64,000 nt of DNA from an uncultured Verrucomicrobiae bacterium (GTDB lineage Bacteria > Verrucomicrobiota > Verrucomicrobiia > Chthoniobacterales > JAATET01): contig CAVRCI010000009.1 in NCBI GenBank assembly GCA_963719495.1, positions 64,001 to 128,000 on the forward strand. Direction: 5' to 3'. How positions within the stretch are numbered: position 1 is the first letter of the stretch; every line of letters starts with the position of its first letter. This document shows positions 50,062-59,009 of the stretch, one piece after another. The notes beneath the pieces are model-generated. The model ran no database searches. It saw nothing but the letters and a program-made list of their open reading frames with translations, and was not told where the DNA came from. The translations under genes and the position numbers were made by a program.

Positions 50062-50178
50062 CAAAAGCCGCGTCGCCGGATCGCGGGAATGTCAGTGCGA
50101 CTAAGCAAGAAGGCTAAGTCCGAGGGAACGATGTTCCACCAGAAGGGCAAGCAAAGCAAAGCCACCAAAATTAACCAT
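50062..50178 (-). promoter_or_regulatory. Putative leucine attenuator: Leu-rich leader peptide (50101-50178) plus terminator-like hairpin
   Basis: MVNFGGFALLALLVEHRSLGLSLLA* has 8 Leu codons (5 CTT); followed by CCGCG-N9-CGCGG-CTTTTG before leuA. Confidence 0.6.
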
Positions 50179-50274
50179 TGGCAAAGAAGACACCACCAAA
50201 CCCCAATCGGCAAGGGGGAAAACGGGCATCCCGTCCGGCACCACGCAGGACACCAACCGCCGCTCGACCCGCAT

Positions 50275-50333
50275 GGGGAGCGCACGCGTCCCCGCGTGCG
50301 GGCAGCGGCGTCCCGCCGCTGCAACCCCGGCAA
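50275..50333. repeat. Dispersed double-hairpin REP-like element (copy 1 of 3)
   Basis: GCACGCG-TCCC-CGCGTGC and GCAGCGGCG-TCC-CGCCGCTGC; other copies at 52096 and 54726. Confidence 0.85.
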
Positions 50334-50397
50334 TCCGCGAAGCGGGAGCCGAACCCCAGGCTTCGAACCCACACCCTACCCCGCTACACTCCCAAAA

Positions 50398-51402
50398 ATG
50401 TCCACCCAACCCAACCTCCGTTGGGGCCTCCTCGCCACCGGCAAGATCGCCCACAAATTCGCCACCGACCTCCCCGCCTCCCGCACCGGCGTCCTCCAAG
50501 CCGTCGCCAGCCGCGACCTCACCCGCGCCCAATCCTTCGCCGCCGCCCACGGCCACCCCACCGCCCACGGCGGCTACGAAGCCCTCCTCGCCGACCCCGA
50601 GGTCGACGCCGTCTACATCTCCACGCCCCACCCCGAGCACGCCCGCTGGGCCATCGCCGCCGCCCAAGCCGGCAAACACATCCTTTGCGAGAAACCCATC
50701 GCGATGAACCTCACCGAGGCCACCCAGATCGTCGAAGCCTCCCGCTCCAACAACGTCTTTCTCATGGAAGCCTTCATGGTCCGCTGCCATCCGCAAACCA
50801 CCCGCATCGTCGACCTTGTCCGATCCGGAGCTCTCGGTAAGATTCAGTTCATCGAAGCCACCTTCGGCTTCCGCTCCCCCTACGATCCCGCCGGCCGACT
50901 TTGGAACAAAACCCTCGGCGGCGGCGCCATCCTCGACGTCGGCTGCTACACCACGGCCATGACGCGACTCCTCGCCGGAGCCGCCGTTGATCAGCCCTTC
51001 GCGGAACCCACGGCCATCGCCGCCACCGGAACGCGCCACCCCGAATCCGGCGTCGACGCCTACGCCGCCGCCACCCTCACGTTCCCCGACGGCCTCCTCG
51101 CTCAGATCGCCTGCGGAGTCGGCCTCCAGCTCGCCAACACCGTCACCATCCACGGAACCCGGGCCCGCCTCCACGTTCCCACCCCGTGGATCATCCCCAC
51201 CGAGACCCACCTCGAACTCACCCCCTTTGAAACCAACCACACCGAGAAGATTGCGATCACCAGCACCCGCCCGATCTACGCCCTCGAAGCCGACACCGTA
51301 GCCGATTCCATCCAAGCCGGAAAAACCGAAAGCCCTGCCATGCCAACCGCCGACACCCTCGGAAACATGGCCCTCCTGGACCAATGGCGCACCGCATTCT
51401 AA
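50398..51402 (+). CDS. Gfo/Idh/MocA family oxidoreductase
   Basis: LRWGLLATGKIA, VYISTPHPEH, ILCEKP, LMEAFM, GGGAILDVGCY. Confidence 0.93.
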   Translation: MSTQPNLRWGLLATGKIAHKFATDLPASRTGVLQAVASRDLTRAQSFAAAHGHPTAHGGYEALLADPEVDAVYISTPHPEHARWAIAAAQAGKHILCEKPIAMNLTEATQIVEASRSNNVFLMEAFMVRCHPQTTRIVDLVRSGALGKIQFIEATFGFRSPYDPAGRLWNKTLGGGAILDVGCYTTAMTRLLAGAAVDQPFAEPTAIAATGTRHPESGVDAYAAATLTFPDGLLAQIACGVGLQLANTVTIHGTRARLHVPTPWIIPTETHLELTPFETNHTEKIAITSTRPIYALEADTVADSIQAGKTESPAMPTADTLGNMALLDQWRTAF

Positions 51403-51469
51403 AATTTTCAAAGAACGGCGCGCTTCCAGCCGCCGCACCAACCATATCCGGCAGCCGCCGGACAAACTG

Positions 51470-52006
51470 CTACTCCCCGACAACCCCGTTCTCGTCGACC
51501 GTCTTCACCAGATCGTCATCCACCCGCAGATCGACCAATTTCCAATCCCCCGACCCCGCGTAGAAATAAAATTTCCACCGCAACGGCAGCACGTCGCCTT
51601 TCAGTAGATAAGTCCGCCGCTCCAATGATTTCCCCACCCGCTCCGTCTCCAACAGTTCATACCCGTGCGTCGGCCCGTAGGCATCGAGCGCCGCCTGGGT
51701 CTGATCCCGCAGCCGCGAAGCCTCCTCCGGCCGCGTCGCAACCACGGTTCCCGCCGTCAATTCCTCGTAAGCCGCCTCCACCTCGTCCGCTTCGATCCTC
51801 TCGAAAAATCCAGCCACCATCTCGTCCACCGACCGCACTTCAAATTTCGGCACCACCGGAGTTGCCACCGGTTCCGCCCGCAATTCCCGAGGCATCTTCG
51901 TGTCGCGCACCACATCCTTCGGAACGTCCGCCGGAGCCTCCTGAATCCCCTGAGCCCCCACGGAACCCAGCCCCACCAACATCACCAAAAAGACCGACCA
52001 ACGCAT
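51470..52006 (-). CDS. Secreted hypothetical protein
   Basis: Signal peptide MRWSVFLVMLVGLGSVGA; C-terminal YG...GYE...PLRWKFYFY...WKL. Confidence 0.7.
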   Translation of the reverse strand: MRWSVFLVMLVGLGSVGAQGIQEAPADVPKDVVRDTKMPRELRAEPVATPVVPKFEVRSVDEMVAGFFERIEADEVEAAYEELTAGTVVATRPEEASRLRDQTQAALDAYGPTHGYELLETERVGKSLERRTYLLKGDVLPLRWKFYFYAGSGDWKLVDLRVDDDLVKTVDENGVVGE

Positions 52007-52095
52007 AGCGAGCGACCATCCCCCAACCCCCCGACCCAGACAACCCCAATCCAAGTTCCGGGGAGCGCAAGCGTGGAAAGGGGGATCGCAAGCGT

Positions 52096-52153
52096 GGGGA
52101 ACGCACGCGTCCCGCGTGCGAGCTGCGGCGTCCCGCCGCGGCAACCCGGCAAA
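52096..52153. repeat. Dispersed double-hairpin REP-like element (copy 2)
   Basis: GGGGAACGCACGCGTCCCGCGTGCGAGCTGCGGCGTCCCGCCGCGGCAACCCGGCAAA. Confidence 0.85.
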
Positions 52154-52245
52154 TCGAGCAAAGCGAGAGAGCCGACCATCAAGGAGCGGCGAGTCAAAAT
52201 CGCCGAGCCAGCGCCAATTCCGCGCAGCGGAACAAATCCTTCACC

Positions 52246-52728
52246 TCACCGCCCAAACCCCACCCGCTCCGGATCGATGTGCAGCGTGCCGGAATCCGTC
52301 TCCGTCGGCGAGAAACCGTCACGGTAATTCAGCGAAATCAAGTCGTGCCGCCGGAACACCGGCTCACCCGTCTCCGGCGACCGAACAAACGTCCACCGAT
52401 GACGCACGTCCGCCAGAAGATGCTCCGCTCCGCCGTCCGAACGCCGACGAAACGTGTCCCAAACCATCTCCGAAGTCATCACCAGCGGCGGACCGTCCGA
52501 TTCCACCTGAAAATTGTAGTAGTAATGCCCCTCGTCGAAGAACTGCGACTTCAACCCATCGTGCTCCCGCAAGCCCGGCAGTCCAACCAGCTTCATCGCC
52601 CCCGAACAGATTTCGAAATCCTCCCCCGACGTATGGCCATAAACGATCTCCGGAGCCGCGTGAGCGTCGAAAAAAGCCGCCCACAACCGAATCAATTCAA
52701 TCCCCTCGAACCGACTCACCGCATTCAT
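52246..52728 (-). CDS. Hypothetical protein, possibly NTF2/SnoaL-like fold
   Basis: 160-aa ORF with W..FFD.H, FFDE.H and HRWTFVR pattern. Confidence 0.55.
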   Translation of the reverse strand: MNAVSRFEGIELIRLWAAFFDAHAAPEIVYGHTSGEDFEICSGAMKLVGLPGLREHDGLKSQFFDEGHYYYNFQVESDGPPLVMTSEMVWDTFRRRSDGGAEHLLADVRHRWTFVRSPETGEPVFRRHDLISLNYRDGFSPTETDSGTLHIDPERVGFGR

Positions 52729-52901
52729 CCGGCAGTGATACCAGCGTCCGACCGCAACAGGGAACGCGAAAATCGCTATTCCTTTCGGCATCCTCCGTTG
52801 CGGGCGTTCGGTTGACCCGGTCACGCTCGGTTGCCGTCGCTGTTCCCACAGCTCCGCGCTTCGGGCCACCTATCAGCAGGCTCTGTCGCTCGACTCCCAT
52901 C

Positions 52902-53348
52902 GGCTCCGGTGTTGACTCGCTCGCTCCCGCTCGTCTCGCCCTTCGGGCTGCATTGCAGAGCCAATGCAGTCTGCCCCGAGCGTGGACTCGCGCTCTCCCG
53001 AGCGTCTCGCCCTTCGGGCTGCATCGCAGAGCCGATGCAGTCTGCCCCGAGCCTTCCCAGGCTCCGGTGCTCCCAGGCTCCGGTGTTGACTCGCTCGCTC
53101 CCGCTCGTCTCGCCCTTCGGGCTGCATTGCAGAGCCAATGCAGTCTGCCCCGAGCGTGGACTCGCGCTCTCCCGAGCGTCTCGCCCTTCGGGCTGCATCG
53201 CAGAGCCGATGCAGTCTGCCCCGAGCCTTCCCAGGCTCCGGTGCTCCCAGGCTCCGGTGTTGACTCGCTCGCTCCCGCTCGTCTCGCCCTTCGGGCTGCA
53301 TTGCAGAGCCAATGCAGTCTGCCCCGAGCCTTCCCAGGCTCCGGTGCT
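52902..53348. repeat. Tandem array, 174-bp period (~2.5 units), containing five copies of a 48-bp structured core
   Basis: Units start at 52902, 53076, 53250; cores at 52933, 53004, 53107, 53178, 53281. Confidence 0.95.
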
Positions 53349-53443
53349 CTGTTGATTTCTGTTTTTCATCCCATCATTCCCTCCTTCGCATTCTTTGCGC
53401 CCTTTGCGATCTTCTGTTCAAACCTGTATTCCCGACCACCGCC

Positions 53444-54718
53444 ATGCTCGACATCCGCCAGATCCGCGACAACCCCGACGCCACCAAAGCCCGCCTCCGC
53501 ACCCGCGGAGCCGACCAAGACGCCGACATCGACGCCCTCCTCCAGATCGACGCCGACCGCCGCCGAGCCGAGACCGACCTCCAACAGCTCCAGGCCGACC
53601 GAAAACGCCTCAGCAAACAAATCGGCAGCCTCCGCGCGAAGGGCGAAGACACCGCCGACATCGAAGCCCAGGTCAAAGCCCTCGCCGACGACCTCACCGC
53701 CCTCGCGGCCGCCGCCACCGACGCCGACACCCGCCAGCGCGACCTCCTCCTTGGCCTCCCCAATCTCCCCCAGGAATCCGTCCCCATCGGCCGAACCGAA
53801 GCCGACAACCCCGTCCTCCGCCACGGCGGCGAAAAACCCACCACCGCCACCGGCGAAGACCACCTCGCCATCGGCGCGCGCCTCGGCCTCTTCGACTTCG
53901 AGCGCGCCGCCAAGCTCAGCGGCAGCGCCTTCGTCTGCTACACCGGCCCCGGCGCCCGCCTCGAGCGCGCCCTCGTCAACTTCCTCCTCGATCTCCACAC
54001 CACCCAGCACGGTTACACCGAGATCAGCCCCCCGCTCCTCGTCCGCCCCGAGTGCCTCGTCGGCACCGGCCAGCTCCCCAAATTCGCCGACCAAGTCTAC
54101 CACTGCCCCGAAGACGACCTCTACCTCATCCCCACCGCCGAGGTCCCCGTCACCAACCTCCACCGCGACGAGATCGTCCCGCTCGCCGACCTCCCCCTCA
54201 CCTACACCGCCTACACCCCGTGCTTCCGCCGCGAAGCCGGTGCCGCCGGCCTCGGCACCCGCGGCATCATCCGCCTCCACCAATTCGACAAGGTCGAACT
54301 CGTCCGCATCACCACCCCCGAAGACTCCGCCGCCGCCCTCGAACTCATCACCAGCCAAGCCGAAAAGGTTCTCCAGCTCCTCGGCTTGCATTATCGAGTG
54401 ATCGAACTCTGCACCGGCGACCTCAGCTTCGGCTCGGCGAAGACCTACGACATCGAAGTCTGGGCCCCCGGCCAGGACGCCTACCTCGAAGTCTCGAGCT
54501 GCTCGAATTTCGAGGACTACCAAGCCCGCCGCATGAACCTGCGCACCAAGAACGCCGAAGGAAAAAACCAATTCTGCCACACCCTCAACGGCTCCGGCAC
54601 CGCGCTCGCCCGGCTCTACGTCGCCCTACTCGAGACCCACGCCCAACCCGATGGGACGATCAACCTCCCCGAGCCCCTCCACCCCTACTTCGGCTCGACC
54701 AGAATCCCGGCAAGGTAA
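53444..54718 (+). CDS. serS: Serine--tRNA ligase
   Basis: MLDIRQIR, GTGQLPKF, LIPTAEVP, CFRREAG, HQFDKVE, EVSSCSN, HTLNGSG. Confidence 0.98.
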   Translation: MLDIRQIRDNPDATKARLRTRGADQDADIDALLQIDADRRRAETDLQQLQADRKRLSKQIGSLRAKGEDTADIEAQVKALADDLTALAAAATDADTRQRDLLLGLPNLPQESVPIGRTEADNPVLRHGGEKPTTATGEDHLAIGARLGLFDFERAAKLSGSAFVCYTGPGARLERALVNFLLDLHTTQHGYTEISPPLLVRPECLVGTGQLPKFADQVYHCPEDDLYLIPTAEVPVTNLHRDEIVPLADLPLTYTAYTPCFRREAGAAGLGTRGIIRLHQFDKVELVRITTPEDSAAALELITSQAEKVLQLLGLHYRVIELCTGDLSFGSAKTYDIEVWAPGQDAYLEVSSCSNFEDYQARRMNLRTKNAEGKNQFCHTLNGSGTALARLYVALLETHAQPDGTINLPEPLHPYFGSTRIPAR

Positions 54719-54725
54719 GCTCAGG

Positions 54726-54784
54726 GGGGAACGCACGCCTCCCGGCGTGCGAGCAACGGCGTCCCGCCGTTGCTTCCCGGCAAA
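54726..54784. repeat. Dispersed double-hairpin REP-like element (copy 3)
   Basis: GCACGCC-TCCC-GGCGTGC and GCAACGGCG-TCC-CGCCGTTGC. Confidence 0.85.
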
Positions 54785-54821
54785 GCGCCAGCGAGCCGAC
54801 CGCAGTTCACCTTTCACCCCT

Positions 54822-55817
54822 TTGCGACCTTTGCGACCTTCTGTTCAAAAAGCATTTGAGAACCTCCCCTCGTCGCGCCTGATCCTCGCGATCTCCGGCG
54901 GCCTTGACTCCCTGACCCTCCTCCACGCCCTCGTCGCATCAGGCCGTAAAAACCTCATCGTCGCCCACCTCGACCACCGCCTCCGCGGCCGCGCCTCCAC
55001 CGCCGACGCCACCTTCGTCAAAAAACAAGCCACCCGCCTCGGCCTCCCCCTCTTCACCGGACGCGCCGACACCCGAGCCTACGCCGCTGCCCGCGGCGTC
55101 TCGCTCGAACTCGCCGCCCGCGAGCTCCGCCACACCTTCTTCGCAGCCGCCGCCCGCGCCCACCGCTGCAACGACATCGTCCTCGCCCACCACGCCGACG
55201 ACCAGATCGAGACCATCCTCCACAACTTCCTCCGCGGCACCGGCCCCACCGGACTCACCGGCATGAAGGCGGAGACCCGCCTTCAGGTCGACCACCGCAC
55301 CCTCACCCTCCACCGCCCCCTCCTCGCCATCCGCCGATCCGAGATCGACGCCTACGTCCGCGACCAAAAAATCCCGTTTCGCGAAGACGCCAGCAACCGC
55401 GACCCCGCCCACACCCGCAACCGCCTCCGCCACGAACTCCTCCCCCTCATCGAGCGCACCTACGGCCCCTCCTTCGCCGAAGCCGCCCTCCGCAACGCCG
55501 ACATCCTCCGCGCCGAGGACGCGCACCTCACCGCCCAAGCCGCCACCTTCCCGCTCTCCCCCGAACTCCCCGTCCGCGACCTCCGCGCCGCCCCCGTCGC
55601 CATCCAGCGCCGCGTCATCCGAGCCTGGCTCAAACGTCACGCCATCCCCACCCCCGGCCTCGCCGAAATCGACCGCGTCCTGACTCTCCTCGCCCCCAAC
55701 GGCCCGGCAAAAATCAATCTCCCCGCCAACCACCACGCCCGCCGCCGCCAGGGAACCCTTTTCGTAGAAAAGCCATCCAAGAAAAACACCGGAGGGCGAG
55801 GCTCCGCCGAGCCGTAA
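54822..55817 (+). CDS. tilS: tRNA(Ile)-lysidine synthetase
   Basis: AISGGLDS PP-loop, AHLDHRLR, AHHADDQIET, RPLL, EDASN, RNRLR; start (TTG) uncertain. Confidence 0.95.
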   Translation: MRPLRPSVQKAFENLPSSRLILAISGGLDSLTLLHALVASGRKNLIVAHLDHRLRGRASTADATFVKKQATRLGLPLFTGRADTRAYAAARGVSLELAARELRHTFFAAAARAHRCNDIVLAHHADDQIETILHNFLRGTGPTGLTGMKAETRLQVDHRTLTLHRPLLAIRRSEIDAYVRDQKIPFREDASNRDPAHTRNRLRHELLPLIERTYGPSFAEAALRNADILRAEDAHLTAQAATFPLSPELPVRDLRAAPVAIQRRVIRAWLKRHAIPTPGLAEIDRVLTLLAPNGPAKINLPANHHARRRQGTLFVEKPSKKNTGGRGSAEP

Positions 55818-55900
55818 CCATCACCCAGCGCCCCGCCGCGCCCAAAGAATTTGAACCCTCACCAATCCTCATCTACGTTCCCGACACCAACGCCCGCCGC

Positions 55901-57364
55901 ATGAAAAACCATCTCTTCACCACCCTCGCCGCTCTCGCCACCCTCACTCTGGCGCTCACCACCCCCTCCCGCGCCCAGTTCACCAACGGCCAACCCGCCG
56001 ACCTCGTTCTCTTCCAGCCGGATTTCACCTCCACGGCCAACGGCTCGTCCGCCCGCCGCGCGTTCATACCCGCCGGAATCGCCATCGATCCGACGACCGG
56101 CAAACTCTTCGTCGTCGACAATGGAAACAACCGCGTTCTCCGGTTCGCGAACGTCTTCTCCCTCGTCACCAACGCCGGTGCGGAAGCCGTGATCGGACAA
56201 ACCAATTTTTCGTCGAGCACAAACGCGACTTCGCAGACCGGTCTCGACATGCCCAACGGCATCACCGTGGACCGCTTCGGCCGCCTCTGGGTCGCCGACA
56301 CCGGCAATAACCGCGTCCTCATGTGGGAAGCCGCGTCATCCCGTTCCACCGGCGCAGCCGCTGACGCCGTTTTCGGCCAATCGACGTTCATCGGCAACGT
56401 CGCCACGACCGCCATCAATCGAATGAACGGCCCACGTTCCGTGCTCGTGGACGAAGCCGACCGACTGTGGGTTGTCGATACCAACAACCACCGCGTCCTC
56501 CGATTCGATTCCATCTCGAGCCAGCTCAACGGGACCAACGCCGATGCCGTTCTCGGCCAGTTGAATTTCACCAACAACTCCTTTGGGACGACCGATTCCA
56601 CTCTACGGACGCCCACCGAACTCGCCATCGACGCCACGGGCCGCCTTTGGGTCGCCGACACCTCGAACGCTCGCGTTCTTCGCTTCGACAACGCCGCAGC
56701 CAAAGCCAACGGCGCGGCCGCCGACGGCGTCTTGGGTCAGACCGATTTCGTAAGCGGGACTGCGGCGCCGCCGCTCACGGCCTCAACTCTCGCGGTTCCC
56801 GTTGGCCTCGCCCTCGCTCCCAACGGCGACCTCTGGGTGTCCGATCTCACCGCCGCTCGTGCCATTGGCTTCTCAAACCCGGCCCTCCTCGCGAATGGCG
56901 CGCCCGCCGCGAAAGTCCTCGGGCAAGCCGACTTTGCCAACGTGGAAGCCGCGACCACCGCCGTCGGACCCATCTTCAGCACCGGCCTCACCTTCGACAC
57001 CGCCGGACGCCTCTGGACCTCCAACAACGGCGGCCACCGCGTCCTCCGATTCACCCCGCCGCCCCCCGCGGCGGCCATCGCCGACACGTCCTCACCGACG
57101 ATCAAAGTCCGCGGCCGCAAATCCATCGACTCCACCCGCAACCGCATCGTCCTCCGCGGCACCGCCGCCGACGACACCGCCGTCGCCGGGATCGAATACA
57201 AAGTCTCCGGTCAGCGAGGCCTCCAGTCCGGCAAGGGAACGACCAACTGGAAAGCCATCATCCGCCCCGACAAAAACAAACGCAAAACCGTCGTCCGAGT
57301 CCGCGCCATCGATGCCTCCGGCAACCGATCCCGCTTCCTCAAAATCAAAATCTTCCGCCGCTGA
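55901..57364 (+). CDS. Secreted NHL-repeat protein with cationic C-terminal Ig-like module
   Basis: Signal peptide ending SRA; NHL repeats; tail ending IKIFRR. Confidence 0.9.
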   Translation: MKNHLFTTLAALATLTLALTTPSRAQFTNGQPADLVLFQPDFTSTANGSSARRAFIPAGIAIDPTTGKLFVVDNGNNRVLRFANVFSLVTNAGAEAVIGQTNFSSSTNATSQTGLDMPNGITVDRFGRLWVADTGNNRVLMWEAASSRSTGAAADAVFGQSTFIGNVATTAINRMNGPRSVLVDEADRLWVVDTNNHRVLRFDSISSQLNGTNADAVLGQLNFTNNSFGTTDSTLRTPTELAIDATGRLWVADTSNARVLRFDNAAAKANGAAADGVLGQTDFVSGTAAPPLTASTLAVPVGLALAPNGDLWVSDLTAARAIGFSNPALLANGAPAAKVLGQADFANVEAATTAVGPIFSTGLTFDTAGRLWTSNNGGHRVLRFTPPPPAAAIADTSSPTIKVRGRKSIDSTRNRIVLRGTAADDTAVAGIEYKVSGQRGLQSGKGTTNWKAIIRPDKNKRKTVVRVRAIDASGNRSRFLKIKIFRR

Positions 57365-57444
57365 TCCAATCAAGAGCGGCCCGGCAACTGCCAGACGACC
57401 AACCCGACCGGCGAAGCCGCACTCCCCCCAATCCGAAATTCCGC

Positions 57445-58995
57445 CTACCGCCGCAAAATCCGCACCTTCGCCCGCTTCGACTTCAGCCCCACCCCATCGA
57501 CCGCCCGCAACTTCACGATCACGCGCCCTCGATCCTTCCGCACCCGCAGCACGACCTTGAACTTGTCACCGCCCTTGACCTTCGACTTCGCCACCTTCGC
57601 ACCGCGCGCCCGCACCTCGATCCGCGCGATCCCCGAAGCATCCGAAGCCGTCCCCCGAATTACCACCCGTTTCCGCAACGTCTCGATCGTCTTCCGACCC
57701 CGCACCTTGAGCGTTGGATTCCGGACATCGATCTGCCCGCCGCCCGGAGCCGGCTCCACCACCGGATCGAACGGAAACCGCAGCACGCGGCTATTCTGAC
57801 CGTCTGCCACCCACAGGTCGCCATTCTCGTCGACAAAACTCTGACTCGAAAATTCCAGGTTGAGCCTCCGAGCCGACGGTGGCGGCGTGATTCCGCCGCT
57901 TCCGCTCACGAAATCCGCCTGTCCGATCACCACACTCGCGGTCGCCAGCGTCGGAGGCAACGCCACCGTGTCAAATCGGAGCACCCGATTCTGCGTCGAA
58001 TCCGTGACCCACAACCGCCCGTCGTCGTCCGCGTGCGCCCCAGTCGGCTCGCGCAGCCGTTGGGCCGACACCCCCATCGCCTTCTCCGTGAACGAACTCT
58101 GACCCACCACCACATCGGCAAACGCCCCATCCGACCGGATCGCTGCGTTGAAGTAGCCAACAACCCGGTTGTTGACGGAATCGGCCACCCACAAAATCCC
58201 CCGCGAATCGACCTGAACACTCGTCGGGTTGGCCAGCTTCGATGCCGTGACACCCGGTAGCCGGGTCGTGAAGCTCGTCTGCCCAAAGACCCGGTCCGCC
58301 GCCGCGCCGTTCGCCTTCGACAATGCTGCGGTGAATTTGAGAACCCGGTTGTCGAACTCATCCGCAATCCACAGGTTGCCGACCCCATCCGCCCAAACGT
58401 CGATGGGGGTAAACTCGTCAGCCGACGTTCCAGCCGCGCCGGAAAGCGTCACGAAATCCGGACGCCCCAGCACCAGATCGGCATCGGGGTAATTCCCGAG
58501 ATTTGCCGCGTCGCGAAAGAGCAGAACCCGCTCATTATTCCCGTCGGCCACCCACAGATTTCCACTCGGGTCGACCGACAAACCCTTGGGGCGATTGAGA
58601 TTTTTCCGCGTGGGGAAATTTGTCCCCGCGTTGAAGTCGCCCGAGGTGAAGTCGGGTTGCCCGATCACCGCTTCCGCCGCCGCCCCGTTCCGCAAACCCG
58701 CCCGATCCCCGTAACGCAGGACGCGGTGATTTCGCAGGTCACTCACGAAGACCTTCCCGGACACCGGGTCGATCGCGATGTCCGTCGGACCATTCAGCGA
58801 CGACGCGCTCGTCGGCTCCGGGAACGGGTTCGTGAACCCCGGGTCGCCCAACACTAGGTCCGCACTCGCAAACGTCTCGATCTCACCCCGCGCCCCCGGC
58901 ACCGCCACGACCCACGTGAACCCCACGGCCACCACGCACAACCAATTCCACCTCATCACTTTTGCTCCGTTTGTCCTTTGCATTTTCATTGTCAT
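57445..58995 (-). CDS. Secreted NHL-repeat protein with cationic C-terminal Ig-like module
   Basis: Signal-like N-terminus; NHL repeats; tail ending RILRR; start may be 58956. Confidence 0.88.
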   Translation of the reverse strand: MTMKMQRTNGAKVMRWNWLCVVAVGFTWVVAVPGARGEIETFASADLVLGDPGFTNPFPEPTSASSLNGPTDIAIDPVSGKVFVSDLRNHRVLRYGDRAGLRNGAAAEAVIGQPDFTSGDFNAGTNFPTRKNLNRPKGLSVDPSGNLWVADGNNERVLLFRDAANLGNYPDADLVLGRPDFVTLSGAAGTSADEFTPIDVWADGVGNLWIADEFDNRVLKFTAALSKANGAAADRVFGQTSFTTRLPGVTASKLANPTSVQVDSRGILWVADSVNNRVVGYFNAAIRSDGAFADVVVGQSSFTEKAMGVSAQRLREPTGAHADDDGRLWVTDSTQNRVLRFDTVALPPTLATASVVIGQADFVSGSGGITPPPSARRLNLEFSSQSFVDENGDLWVADGQNSRVLRFPFDPVVEPAPGGGQIDVRNPTLKVRGRKTIETLRKRVVIRGTASDASGIARIEVRARGAKVAKSKVKGGDKFKVVLRVRKDRGRVIVKLRAVDGVGLKSKRAKVRILRR

Positions 58996-59009
58996 TAAAC
59001 CAAGACGCC

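Noticed and set aside
52902..53348. CRISPR array
   Set aside because: The spacers are themselves repeated, alternate between two lengths (23 and 55 bp), and no cas genes are present in the window.
52821..53369. Repetitive ORFs on both strands across the tandem array
   Set aside because: They stay open only because the period is a multiple of three and the DNA is GC-rich; no protein-like features.
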